NCBI GenBank assembly: GCA_963695225.1
Contig: OY968762.1
Coordinates: 1,632,001 to 1,696,000, forward strand
Length of the DNA: 64,000 nt
From: Vulcanimicrobiota bacterium
GTDB taxonomy: Bacteria; Vulcanimicrobiota; Vulcanimicrobiia; Vulcanimicrobiales; Vulcanimicrobiaceae
Direction: 5' to 3'
Shown here one piece after another: positions 36,246-47,100 of this stretch; the stretch's first letter is position 1; every line of letters starts with the position of its first letter. Made by a program: the position numbers and the translations under genes. Under the pieces are notes generated by a model. The model did not search any database, was not told the origin of the DNA, and worked only from the letters and a program-made list of their open reading frames with translations.

Positions 36246-37679
36246 GTGATCGGCCGCCGGCTGCCGATCGTCGTTTACGGCGCCTTGCTCGTTACCGTTC
36301 TCAGCACGCAGCCGAGCGCCGCGCAGCCGCTCAGTTTCGATGATGCGCGAGCGGCCGCTCAGAGCGGATCCGCGAAAGTCGCAGCCGCCGCCGACCTCGT
36401 CGACGCAAGCCGCCACGCTGCGGAGTCGACGAAGACGCTCCACCGGGCGTTCGTCTCCGCCGATCTGACGATGCTGCGCTACCAGAAGACCGTCTACACC
36501 TCGACCGACGATCTCGAGACCGCGCTCGCTCAGATCGGGACCGGGAACGCCTTCACGATTTCGATACCGGGCATCGGGCCGATCACGCTTCCGTTCGCCC
36601 AGCTGCCCCAGCGGAACTTCGCCTTCCAGCTTGCGAAGAGCGCGGGCACACCGCAGCTGACGGCCGCGGTTCCGATCTTCGCCGGCGGACGGATCGAAGC
36701 GGCCCAAGGCCTGGCGCAGAGCGCGGTCGCGAGCGCTCGCGCCGACGAACGTGCGGTGCGGCAGACGGTCGATAGCGAGCTCGTCATGCGCTATTTCGGG
36801 CTGCAACTTGCGAGCATCGCCGAACGGACGGCGGCGCAAACCGTCGACGATCTCACTCGCCGGCTCGACGCCGTGCAGATCGAACAACGCCAGGGCATCG
36901 CAACGCCGCTCGTCCGCCTCGAAGCCTCCGCCGCGCTCGATCGCGCGCGTCTGGTAGCAGCCCGGGCGCGGCGCGAGCGCGACGACGCGCAGGGCGCGCT
37001 CGACCGCTTCTTGCAGAGCGGGCAGCCCGTGGTCCCCACGACGCCGCTCTTCATCAATACGACGAACCTCGAACCCGTCGAGACGTTCGTCGCGGGAGCG
37101 CTCGAGCACGGCGCAGCGTTCCAGCAAATCGGCGCGCGCCGCGCGCAGAGCGGCGAACTTGAACGGCTCGCGCGCGCGCAATTCTCACCTCAAATCCTGG
37201 GCGTCGGTTCGTATGCGATCGATCGCCGGAAGTCGGACTTGTTGCAACCCGATTGGCTCGTCGGCGTCGTCGCGCAGTTCACGATCCTCGATCCGGTCGA
37301 CCGCGGGCAACTCGTCGCCGCGGCGCGCGATGCGCGCCGGGCCGCGGAGGACGCCGATGCGGCCGCTCGCGTCGAAGTGGAGACGCTCGTCCGAAGGAGC
37401 TACGACGAAGTCCTCAACCAGCGCGACGCCTATCTCCTCTCCGCATCCTCGATCGCCGCCGCCGCCGAAGCCGTGCGCGTGCAGGAAGAGCGCCTGCACT
37501 ACGGGCAAGGGCGCCCGCTCGACGTCGTCGACGCGAAACTGAGGCTCGCGACCGCACAGACGGAGCGCGCGAAAGACGCTTTCGCCTACGATGTCGCGCT
37601 CGCGACGCTGCTGCAGGCGACGGGGCAGACGGAGCGTTTCGGCGAGTACGCAAGGCACGCCGAGGTCGTGGTCCGCTGA
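36246..37679 (+). CDS. TolC-family outer membrane efflux protein
   Basis: Signal peptide; VPIFAGGRI; two helical OEP repeats. Confidence 0.88.
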   Translation: MIGRRLPIVVYGALLVTVLSTQPSAAQPLSFDDARAAAQSGSAKVAAAADLVDASRHAAESTKTLHRAFVSADLTMLRYQKTVYTSTDDLETALAQIGTGNAFTISIPGIGPITLPFAQLPQRNFAFQLAKSAGTPQLTAAVPIFAGGRIEAAQGLAQSAVASARADERAVRQTVDSELVMRYFGLQLASIAERTAAQTVDDLTRRLDAVQIEQRQGIATPLVRLEASAALDRARLVAARARRERDDAQGALDRFLQSGQPVVPTTPLFINTTNLEPVETFVAGALEHGAAFQQIGARRAQSGELERLARAQFSPQILGVGSYAIDRRKSDLLQPDWLVGVVAQFTILDPVDRGQLVAAARDARRAAEDADAAARVEVETLVRRSYDEVLNQRDAYLLSASSIAAAAEAVRVQEERLHYGQGRPLDVVDAKLRLATAQTERAKDAFAYDVALATLLQATGQTERFGEYARHAEVVVR

Positions 37680-38662
37680 TGAGCGCCGCCGTTCGCGACC
37701 GAATCGTCGCCCTCGTCGCCGTCGCGCTCGCCCTGGCGCTCCTCGCCATCGGCATGGCGAAAGCGTACCGGCAGGAGCCCCCGGTGATCGAAGGGATGAT
37801 CGACGCAACGAAGATCGACGTCGGTTCGAAGGTCGCCGGGCGCGTCGCGAGCGTCGACGTCCGCCTCGGCGATACCGTGCGACCCGGGCAGCGCCTCTTC
37901 ACGATCGACAGCCCCGAGATTCGCGCCACGCTCGAATCGGCGCGCGGCGTCGAGCAGACCGCTACGGCAATCGAAAGCCGCGCGAAGAACGGATTTCGCC
38001 GCGAAGCGGTGTCGGCGGCCCTCGCCCAAGCGAACAGCGCGGCCGAAGCGGCGCGTCTCGCCGAGATCACGTACCGGCGCACGCAAGCGCTGTACGACCG
38101 GCAAGTCACCTCGCGACAGATGCGCGACGCCGCGTACACCGCCTGGCGAGTCGCCGTCGCGCAAGCGGAATCCGCGCGCCAGGTTCACGCCGGCTTGCAA
38201 GCCGGAGCGCGCGCCGAAGACATCGCCGCGGCCTCCGGCGGCGTCGAGACCTCCCGCGGCGCCGTCGCGCTCGCGAGCGCGCAGAACACCGATACCGTGG
38301 TCACGGCACCAGTCGGCGGCGAGGTGACCGCGCTCGAGACGCACCAGGGCGAGATCGCGCCGCAGGGGTACCCGGTCGTCAGCATCCTCGACACGAGCGA
38401 CGAGTGGGCGAGCTTCAACGTTCGCGAGGATCAGCTCGGCGCGTTCAAGCAAGGAACGCAGATCGTCGCGCGCGTCCCCGCGCTCGAAAACGCGCGCTTG
38501 CGCTTCCGCGTTTACTATCAGGCCGCGCTCGGCACGTTCGCGACCGAGCGGTCGACGCGCACGACGAGCGGCGACGATCTCCGCACGTTCGAAGTCCGCG
38601 CGCGCCCGCTCGAGCGCCGGGCCGAGCTCAAGTCCGGCATGAGTTTGATCGTGGATCGCTGA
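37679..38662 (+). CDS. HlyD-family periplasmic adaptor
   Basis: N-terminal TM; SKVAGRVASVDV..GDTV; APVGGEV; TGATG coupling. Confidence 0.9.
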   Translation: MSAAVRDRIVALVAVALALALLAIGMAKAYRQEPPVIEGMIDATKIDVGSKVAGRVASVDVRLGDTVRPGQRLFTIDSPEIRATLESARGVEQTATAIESRAKNGFRREAVSAALAQANSAAEAARLAEITYRRTQALYDRQVTSRQMRDAAYTAWRVAVAQAESARQVHAGLQAGARAEDIAAASGGVETSRGAVALASAQNTDTVVTAPVGGEVTALETHQGEIAPQGYPVVSILDTSDEWASFNVREDQLGAFKQGTQIVARVPALENARLRFRVYYQAALGTFATERSTRTTSGDDLRTFEVRARPLERRAELKSGMSLIVDR

Positions 38663-39816
38663 TGCTCGCCGCGTTCGCGCGCGAGCTCGCGTTCCTGCGC
38701 CGCAGCCCCTGGGATCTCGCGCTGGCGGTGCTCTTCCCGGTACTCTCGATCGTCCTGACGATTTGGATCTTCTCGAGCGGAACGCCGCGCCACGTACCGA
38801 TCGCGATCGTCGACGAGGATGCCTCGGCGCTTTCCCGCCTGCTGGCGCGCGATATCTCGGCGGTCCCCGGGTTGCGCGTCGCGTACCGGCCGGCAAACTT
38901 CCGCGAGGCGATGACGCTCGTGCGGCAAGGTGAAGCGTACGCCGTCGTCCTGATCCCGCGCGAGACGGAGCGAAACGTTCTGCGCGGACGGCAAGCGCAC
39001 GTCGTCGCCTACGCGAACGCGATGTACGCGCTCCCGGCCGGCAACATCGCGCGCGAATTGCAGGAGATCGTTGCCGAAACTTCTGCGACCGCCGCCGTCA
39101 TCGTGCGCGGAAAGCACAAGACGCCGTTTGTCGAAGCGCTCGCTCAAACGATTCCGGTCTCGCTCGATCTGGTCTCGCTCTACAACGCGCGCACGAGCTA
39201 CGAACCTTTTCTGGCCGACGCGCTCGTCCCCTCGCTGCTGCAGCTCCTGCTCGTCCTGGCGACCGTCTCGGCGTTCGGCCGCGAATTGCGCGACGGGACC
39301 GCCGGCGAGTGGCTCGCCGCCGCCGGCGGGAACACCGCCGCGGCGATCGCGGGGAAGGCGCTTCCGTATTTCGCCGCGTGGTGCGTCTACGGCTGCGGAA
39401 GCACCCTGTATCTCGCCGCGCGCAACGGTTGGGCGTACGGGCTCGAGACCGTCCTCGCGGGAACGGTCCTGTTCGTCGCCGCGTATCTCGGGCTATCGCT
39501 CGCGATCGTCGGCATCTGCGCGAACTTGCGCGTCGCGCTCAGCGCCGGCTCGATCGTCTCGTCCCCCGCGTTCGCGTACGCCGGCATCTCGTTTCCGCAG
39601 CAGGCCATGGTCCCGTTCGCGCGTTGGTGGTCCGAGGCGACGCCGCTGACGTGGTACTTGCGCCTGCGCGTCGAGCAGTTGCAATTTCACGCAGCGCCCG
39701 CAGCCGCGACGTACGAATTGGCTTCCCTCTCCGCCGCCGCGTGCTTCGGCTTCGGGCTCGGCGTCCTCACGCTCGGCTCGCTCGCGCGCTCGCCGGAAGC
39801 GTGGTACAAGCGCTGA
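38662..39816 (+). CDS. ABC-2 type permease (YbhS-like)
   Basis: TM, VPIAIVDEDASALSR, periplasmic domain, C-terminal TM bundle, PLTWY. Confidence 0.88.
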   Translation: MLAAFARELAFLRRSPWDLALAVLFPVLSIVLTIWIFSSGTPRHVPIAIVDEDASALSRLLARDISAVPGLRVAYRPANFREAMTLVRQGEAYAVVLIPRETERNVLRGRQAHVVAYANAMYALPAGNIARELQEIVAETSATAAVIVRGKHKTPFVEALAQTIPVSLDLVSLYNARTSYEPFLADALVPSLLQLLLVLATVSAFGRELRDGTAGEWLAAAGGNTAAAIAGKALPYFAAWCVYGCGSTLYLAARNGWAYGLETVLAGTVLFVAAYLGLSLAIVGICANLRVALSAGSIVSSPAFAYAGISFPQQAMVPFARWWSEATPLTWYLRLRVEQLQFHAAPAAATYELASLSAAACFGFGLGVLTLGSLARSPEAWYKR

Positions 39817-40964
39817 TGCGCATCTTCCGCGCGTATCTCGACACGCTCGTGGCGATCGGCCGCGACTTCGGCCTCCTGACGATCCTCGTCGGAGCGCCGA
39901 TCTTCTATTCGTTCCTCTACCCGCTGCCCTATAAGAACGAGACCGTCACGCGGATCCCGGTGGCCGTCGTCGACCAAGACGCCTCCGCGCTCAGCCGCCG
40001 AATCGCCCGCGACGTCGCCGCGAATCCGCGGCTGCGCCTGGTCGCGATCTATCCGAACGTCGAGGAGGCGCGGCGCGCGCTCGTCGACGGACGCATCCTC
40101 GGCGCGCTGATCCTGCCGCGCGATCTCGAGCGCGACGTCGAACGGCGCCGCCCCGCCCATGCGGTCGCGTTCGGGAACGGCGCGTACTTTCTCGTCGACA
40201 AGACGGTCCTCGGCGCATTCTATTCGAGCGTCCTGACCGTTTCGGCCTCGATCGACGTGCGCTACCGGCTCGCCTCCGGCGCGACGGCGGATCAAGCGCT
40301 CGCGCAGCGCGATCCGCTCGCCTTCGACGCGCGCCCGCTCTTCAATCCGCAGGAAGGATACGCGAACTACGTCGTCCCGGCAGTCGCCATTCTGATCGTC
40401 CATCAAACGATCGTGATCGGGATCGGCATGTTCCTCGGAACGCGGCGCGAGCGGTGGATTCCGCCGGCGTCCTACCCGTTCGCGCAATACCTCGGCGAGA
40501 CGCTCGCGTTCGCGACCGTGGGCTTCGCCTCGTCTCTCTACTATTGCGGCTTCGTCGATTGGTTCTGGGATTATCCGCGCGGCGGGAATCTCGCTGGGAC
40601 GCTCGCGTTCGCAGGGCTCTTCGCGCTCGCGACGTCGATCTTCGGCATGGCGCTGGGGAGCGCGTTCGACCGGCGCGAGCGTTCGATCCAGGTTTGGGTC
40701 TTCACCTCGATCCCGCTCCTCTTCATCAGCGGGTACCCGTGGCCGCCGGGTTCGCTCCCCGGTTTCCTGCGCGTGGCGCGCTGGCTCGTGCCCTCGACGC
40801 CGGGGATCTTGGGCTTCACGAAGCTCGTGCAGATGGACGCTAGTTGGACCGAAGTCCGCACCGAGGTGAGCGCACTCTGCGCGATGATCGCCGTGCTCGC
40901 CGTCCCCGCGTGGCTGTTCGTGAGCAGCAGTCTGCCGCGCGAGCCCGCCGCGCGCGACGCGTAG
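39816..40964 (+). CDS. ABC-2 type permease (YbhR-like)
   Basis: Motifs IPVAVVDQDASALSR, LFNPQEGY..YVVP, SGYPWP. Confidence 0.88.
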   Translation: MRIFRAYLDTLVAIGRDFGLLTILVGAPIFYSFLYPLPYKNETVTRIPVAVVDQDASALSRRIARDVAANPRLRLVAIYPNVEEARRALVDGRILGALILPRDLERDVERRRPAHAVAFGNGAYFLVDKTVLGAFYSSVLTVSASIDVRYRLASGATADQALAQRDPLAFDARPLFNPQEGYANYVVPAVAILIVHQTIVIGIGMFLGTRRERWIPPASYPFAQYLGETLAFATVGFASSLYYCGFVDWFWDYPRGGNLAGTLAFAGLFALATSIFGMALGSAFDRRERSIQVWVFTSIPLLFISGYPWPPGSLPGFLRVARWLVPSTPGILGFTKLVQMDASWTEVRTEVSALCAMIAVLAVPAWLFVSSSLPREPAARDA

Positions 40965-40987
40965 CGAACGGGCCGTCGAAAGGCGCG

Positions 40988-41136
40988 GCGCGAATCTCAA
41001 GCGCGGGGGCATATCCCTAACGGTGGGGTCTGTCCACCCGCACGGGCTTCCATGTCGTAAGGGCCCCGTACGCAATCTGCCAGGGGCTTGGCACTTTGCC
41101 ATGCTAGGGTTCGATCATGCAGCCTGAGGAGCGCGG
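40988..41136. ncRNA. Candidate structured RNA of unassigned class
   Basis: Nested inverted repeats (ctca/tgag, gcat/atgc, cccta/taggg) enclose the hairpins ggtgg/ccacc, acggg/cccgt and tggca/tgcca. Confidence 0.3.
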
Positions 41137-41150
41137 ATGGCATTGAACGG

Positions 41151-44150
41151 ATGGCACTAACCGGGGAGCAGCGCGCAGCCGTCGAGGCGGGCGGGGGGAA
41201 CGCTCTCGTCCTCGCCGGCCCCGGTACGGGAAAGACGACGGTCATCGCAGCGCGCTGCGCCGCGCTCCTCGCGAACGGCGAAGCGCCCGAGCGCATCCTG
41301 ACGCTGACGTTTTCGCGTCGCGCGGCAGCCGAGCTTCGGGAGCGGTTGGCCGCGATCGCGCCCGGCGCGGAACTCGAGGTCCGCACGTTCCACGGGTTCG
41401 CCTCCCGCCTGCTCGAGGCCGAGGGCCCGCGCTTTCGGAGCCGCCGCCTCCTGGATGCGCTCGCGCGCCGGCTCGTGCTGGAGCGGGCGAACGAGGGCGT
41501 CCGGCCGCAGTCCTATGCGGGCGAGGTCTGGCGCTCCCGCCGTTTCCAAGACGAGGCGAGCGCCCTGCTCGGCGCGCTCGAGCGTTCGCTCCCCGAAACG
41601 CTTGCCGACGTACGCGCGCGCGCAACACCGCGCATCGGCGATCTCCTCGCGCTCGACGCGCGCGCCCGCGAGTTGCGCGCACGGCTGCGCGCGAGCGATC
41701 TCGAAGATCTCGTGCGCCGCGCGGTCGCTGCGCTGGGCGACGAGCGCAGCCCGCAAACGCGCTGGCTGGACGGCCGCTACGAGCACGTCCTCGTCGACGA
41801 GTTCCAGGACGTCGACCGCATGCAGTTCGAGTTGCTCGCGTCGTTCGTCCGGCTCGGCGCCCGGCTCTTCGCCGTCGGCGATCCGGCGCAGGCGATCTAC
41901 CGTTTCCGCGGCGCGACGCACGGCATCCTCGAACTCGCGCGCGAGCGTTTCGATATGCGTCCGTTCCCGCTGACCGCCTCGCAACGCTGTCCGCAATCGA
42001 TTTGCGATCTCGCGGCGCAGACGCCGCTCCCCGGCGCGGCGCCGATCCAGAACGCAAACGGGAAGGAGGGTGCGCAGCCCGAGGTTCTGCGCGCCGCAAC
42101 GACGCTCGATGAAGCGGCGCTCGTCGCCGACCGGATCGAAGCGGCGATCGAGCGCGGTACGCCGCCCGAGCGCATCGCGGTGTTGCTGCGCACGCTGCGC
42201 CCGCTCTCCTGGGTCCTCACCGGCGAGTTGCGCGGGCGCGGCATCCCGTTCGTCGCCCCGGCGCGCGACGCGTTTCTCGCCGATCCGCTCGTCGAGGTCG
42301 TGCGCGCCTCGCTCGAGTTGTTCCGCGCGCCGCTCGACATCGAGCGCTGGCGCCGGCTGCTCAGCACCGAGACGTTCGGCTTCGATCCGATCGCACTGCG
42401 CTTCGCGGTGCGCAAGCTCCCGACCGGCGGTTTCCCCACTGCGCTCGCGGCATACGACGCGGTCGCGGGGGAATCGAGCCGAATCCCGTGGCGCGACGTC
42501 GCTCGCGCGCTGGCCGCCGCGCACGCGCACTGGATCGCGGGCGATCTCGCGAAGTGCCTGCGCGCGCTCGTGCGCGAGCTCGGCTTGTTCGCTTCGGCCG
42601 TCGGGGGCCCGGGCGGGCCGGTGGCCGCACGTTCTACGATCGCGCGCGTCGAGCGATTCATCGATGGGCTCTCCGGCGCGCAACGGACGCTCGCGCTACT
42701 CGGCGCGCCGTCCCTGCCGACGGACGTCGTCGCCCGGCTCGACGAATACTTCGACGCGCTCGTGCCGGAGGGAGCGCCCGAACCCGATGAGCCGGGGGTG
42801 CGGATCCTCACCATCCACGGCGCGAAGGGCCTCGAATTCGACGAGGTCATCATCGCGGACGCCGTCGATGGAAGGTTCCCGCAGGAAGAGCGGACGTGCG
42901 CGCTCCTCGATGCCGCGGAATGCGCGATCTTCGAGGAGGCCGGGGTCGATAGTCCGCTCTTCGGCGGCGAACGGCAGCGCGTTGAGGAAGCCGCGCTCTG
43001 GTACGTCGCCGCCACTCGCACGCGCGCCCGGCTCACGATCGCCTATGCGTGCGAAGATCTCGACGGCACGCCGCTGCGCCCTTCGCGCTTCATCCCGGCC
43101 TCGCACGCGCTCGACGACGCGGCGCCCACGTACCGCCGCTCCCTCGAGCGAATCGAAAGCGCGGCATTCCGCGGGCGCGACCCCGTTCTGCGGGCGAGCT
43201 TGGCGGATAGCTCGCGCCTGCGCCGCGCGCCGTTGCTCGCCGCCTACCTTACGCGCGGCGATGCGCTCTTCGAGCCGCTCGAGCCGCGCCCCGTCCTCGC
43301 GGACGACGCGATCGCCGTCGGCGCTGTCGGGGAGTGGTATCGCTGCCCGAGGCGCTACTACTACGGCCGCCTCCTCCGCCTGGAATCGGCCGCCGCGACG
43401 CCGTTCGCGGTGGGGACGCTCCTGCACGACGTGCTGCAACTCTTCCACATGCGCAGAAGCGACTTCTCGCGCGTCGTGCCGGAAGACGTCGCGCGCTGGG
43501 AGGGCGAGTTGCATGCCCTCCTCCGCGAGCGCTTCGAGCCGGGCGCGTTCGAGACGCGAGCCGAAGCGGACGCCGCGCACGCCTTTCTCTCGCGCGCCCT
43601 CGCGCGCTACGCGCGGTCGCTTTACGTCGAGGCGATGGAGGACCCGTTCCAGGTGGAGGCCTGCGAGGAGAACCTGTTGCTCCAGCTCGGCAAGGGCGTG
43701 CTGCGCGGGCGCATCGACCGCGTCGACCGGGCTTCGGACGGCTCGCTCATCCTAAGGGATTACAAGTCGGGGCGCCTCCACCGGCGCTTCACCGACGCGC
43801 TTCGAAAGATGGAACAGGTCTTGGAGGCCGGCGAGCCGACGTACGCGGGCCTCGCCGAGATGTTCAATCCGCAGCTCGCGCTCTATCGAGCGGGAACGCC
43901 CGGAGTCGGCCGCCTCGACTATATCTACTTCAGAGGCGAAAAAGACGACCGGGGAGCCGTCGTCCGCGACGAGACGCGCGTCGCCGCCGTCGCGCCGCTC
44001 CTGGAACGTTTGGTCGACGACATTCGCACGAACCTCATCGACGCGCTCGCGACCGGCGCACTCGACACGATCCCGTCCACGCCGCGCGAGAAGAACTGTC
44101 GAGACTGCAACTACGCGGGCGTTTGCGACGGCCCCGGAGGGCAGCCGTGA
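41151..44150 (+). CDS. UvrD-like helicase fused to a PD-(D/E)XK nuclease (AdnA/AddB-like)
   Basis: Motifs AGPGTGKT, VDEFQD, VGDPAQAIYRFRGA, TIHGAKGLEF, YVAATR; GRIDRVD..DYK; Cys in RCP and CRDCNYAGVC. Confidence 0.88.
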   Translation: MALTGEQRAAVEAGGGNALVLAGPGTGKTTVIAARCAALLANGEAPERILTLTFSRRAAAELRERLAAIAPGAELEVRTFHGFASRLLEAEGPRFRSRRLLDALARRLVLERANEGVRPQSYAGEVWRSRRFQDEASALLGALERSLPETLADVRARATPRIGDLLALDARARELRARLRASDLEDLVRRAVAALGDERSPQTRWLDGRYEHVLVDEFQDVDRMQFELLASFVRLGARLFAVGDPAQAIYRFRGATHGILELARERFDMRPFPLTASQRCPQSICDLAAQTPLPGAAPIQNANGKEGAQPEVLRAATTLDEAALVADRIEAAIERGTPPERIAVLLRTLRPLSWVLTGELRGRGIPFVAPARDAFLADPLVEVVRASLELFRAPLDIERWRRLLSTETFGFDPIALRFAVRKLPTGGFPTALAAYDAVAGESSRIPWRDVARALAAAHAHWIAGDLAKCLRALVRELGLFASAVGGPGGPVAARSTIARVERFIDGLSGAQRTLALLGAPSLPTDVVARLDEYFDALVPEGAPEPDEPGVRILTIHGAKGLEFDEVIIADAVDGRFPQEERTCALLDAAECAIFEEAGVDSPLFGGERQRVEEAALWYVAATRTRARLTIAYACEDLDGTPLRPSRFIPASHALDDAAPTYRRSLERIESAAFRGRDPVLRASLADSSRLRRAPLLAAYLTRGDALFEPLEPRPVLADDAIAVGAVGEWYRCPRRYYYGRLLRLESAAATPFAVGTLLHDVLQLFHMRRSDFSRVVPEDVARWEGELHALLRERFEPGAFETRAEADAAHAFLSRALARYARSLYVEAMEDPFQVEACEENLLLQLGKGVLRGRIDRVDRASDGSLILRDYKSGRLHRRFTDALRKMEQVLEAGEPTYAGLAEMFNPQLALYRAGTPGVGRLDYIYFRGEKDDRGAVVRDETRVAAVAPLLERLVDDIRTNLIDALATGALDTIPSTPREKNCRDCNYAGVCDGPGGQP

Positions 44151-47100
44151 CGGCGCAAACGCTTCCGAGCAAGGGGCAGCGGGAGGCGATCGGAGCGCCG
44201 CTGCGGGGTCCGCACCTCGTTCGCGCGGGCGCGGGAACGGGGAAGACGTTCACGCTCGTCGAGCGCGCGATCGCGCTCGCGCAAAGCGCCTCGGACGAAC
44301 AACGAGTGCGCCCGAGCGAATTGCTCGTGGTGACGTTCACGAACAAGGCTGCTAGCGAGATTGCAGCCCGTTTGACGCGCGCTCTGCGAGCGCGCGGCAT
44401 CGAAGAAGCGCCGACCTGCTCGACGTTTCACGCGCTCGGCAGCGCCATTCTCAAGGAATTCGCCGCCGAATCCGGCCTCTCGCCCGACGTCCGGGCGATC
44501 CCGAAGCCCCGCGCCCGCGCGGTGTTCCGGCGAGCGTTCAAAGATCTGCTCGAGCACCGCATCTACGTCGATCCGTCCGCGCTCCCGCTCCTGGATCGCT
44601 TGGAGGATCTCGAGTTGAGCCTTGCCGAGATCGCGCTCCGTCTGCGCGATCTCGGCCTCTCCGTCGACGAGTTCGAAGCGCGCGCCCTCGCGGCGGCGCA
44701 TGCGCTGCGAACGCAGACGTGGGGCCAACTCTGGAGCCCTGGGAAACGCAAGGCCCAACCGCGGATCGCGCTCGAACCGAAGCTCGAACGCAGCCTGCTG
44801 GAGCGCGCGGAGGAGGCGGAACGCGAGGAGCGCAACGTGCGCGCCGTCGCCACGCTGTTCCGCCGTTTCGACGATCTGCTCCGCGAGGAGGCGCTCGTCA
44901 CGTTCGGCGATCTGCTCGCGCGAGCCGCTCGGCTCGTGCGCGGTTCGCCGGCCGTAGCGGCGGCGCTGCGCAATCGCTGGAAGCACGCGCTCGTCGACGA
45001 GTTCCAGGATACGAACCCCCTGCAGGTCGAGCTTCTCCAGGCGATCTTCGGCGACGCGCTCGTCCCCGTCATGGCCGTCGGCGACGTACGGCAGGCGATC
45101 TACGCGTTCAACGGCGCAGATCCGTCGGGCATCCTGCGTTTCGGTGAGTTGCGCGGGTGCGTGACCCACACGTTGGCCGAGAATCGCCGCTCCGTCCAGC
45201 AGATCCTCGACGCGGCGCACGCCTTTCTCGGGCGCGACGCCGCGACCGCGGCGGATCCGGCGGGGCACGCGCCGCTCGTCGCCGTCAAGGGCGCCGCGGA
45301 GCATTTTCCGCTGCGCGTGCAGGCGTTCGGGACCGGCGACCTCGACGCGGGGCGCGCACTCGAGGCGCTGGCGATCGCCTCCGAGATCGCACGCTTGGTC
45401 GCAGGCGGCACGCGGCCGCGCGAGATCGCGATCTTGCTGCGCGGCTGGCGCCGGGCGCGCGTCTACGTCGACGCGCTGCACGAGCGCGGCATCCCGGCGA
45501 AGACGCACGGCGGCGTGGGCTTCCTCGACGCCCCCGAGATTCGCGACGCGCTCGCGTGGCTGCGCCTGATCCTCGATCCGACCGACCGGGCTGCGACCGT
45601 GCGCGTGTTGCAGAGCCCCACCTGCGGGCTCTCCGACGGCACGCTGGTCGCGCTCGCCCACGGCGCGGTGACGCTCGACCGCGAAGCGTGGTCCGAGCCC
45701 GTCGCGAGTTGGCTGCGCGACGCGGAGCGCGAGCGTCTGCTCGGCGCTCGCGAGGTCTTGCGCCGGCTCGGGCACGCCGTCGCTCTCCCGCTCTCGCACG
45801 CGGTCGGCGAGATCGTCGCTGGGACCGGGATCGATCTCGCCTACGCCGCCGTCGATCCGCGCGGCGCCGAGCAGGCGCGCGCGAATCTCGCCAAGCTCGT
45901 GCGCCTCGCGGCCGCGTTCGAACGCGACCGGCCGGGGGCCCGGGCCCACGATTTCGTGCGCGAGCTCGACGAGCGCCTGGAATTCGACGACGACGAGCGC
46001 GAGGCGGATTTCGGGGACGACGAGGTCTCGATCATGACGGCGCACGGGGCGAAGGGCCTCGAGTGGGAGGTCGTCTTCATCGCGAACGTTTCGCCCGCGT
46101 CGTTCCCCTCGCAGGGCGGCGGCTTCGCGCCGTGCGCCGTCGTGGACGAGCGTTCCGGAGCGCTCGCGCTGCGCTACGCCGTCGACGGATCGGTCCCGCT
46201 GCGCTGGACGATGTTGCAAGAGCACGACGAAGCGACGGGCGAACGAACCCAATCCTCCGGCGACGCGCGCAAGGCGGAGGAGGCGCGGCTCTTCTACGTG
46301 GCGATGACGCGCGCGAAGACGCGCCTCTACGTGAGCGGCGCGAACGGCCGCCCCCCCGGCACCGCGAACGGGGCCGCGTACAAACCCAGCCAGTACCTCA
46401 CCGCCGTCCGGGAGTGGGCGCTGGAGCAAGGCCTCTCCGACGCCGAGCTCGCGTTCGGCTCCGATGACGCGCCCCGGCCTGCCGTGCCGTCCGAGCGGGC
46501 TGCGAAAAAGATGCTCGACCGGGCGCGCGCGGAGGCCGCCTGCGAACGCCTGCGGCGCGTGCTCGAACGAGAGCATGCCGCGAGCGTTGCGAGCGAGCCG
46601 CCGCCGCGCGTCCTCTCGTACTCCGCGATCGGCGCGTACGCGGCGTGCCCGCGGCTCGCGCGGTACCGCTACCTCTTCCGCATCCCGGATCTGCGCGACG
46701 AGGCGGCGACGCCGCTCTGGACGGCCGAGGGTTCGGACCCGCTCGCCGACAAGCTCCCGCCCGCCGCCTTCGGCACGATCGTGCACCGCGCGCTCGAACT
46801 GTGCGCGCGCGCGCAGATCGCGGGCGAACGCATCGAACTCGAGCGATTCGTCGAGCAAGCGTTGGAAGAAGAGGAACGCGAGGCCGCTCCCGCGCTCGCG
46901 GCGCGCGTCGCAGCGACCGTGCTCCACGGTCTGGAAGCGCTCGAAGCGTTCGTGCCGCGCGAGCCCGAACTGCGGTTCGACGCGACGGTGGCTGGGAATC
47001 GCGTCGGCGGCTACATCGATCTGGTCGCCGAGGATGCCGCGGGTCGCCCGGTCGTGATCGATTACAAGACGGGGCACACGCCGGAGGGCGCGTACCGCCT

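Noticed and set aside
43334..44146. N-terminal extension of the second helicase given in the ORF track
   Set aside because: It overlaps the first helicase out of frame; the likely start is the coupled GTG at 44147
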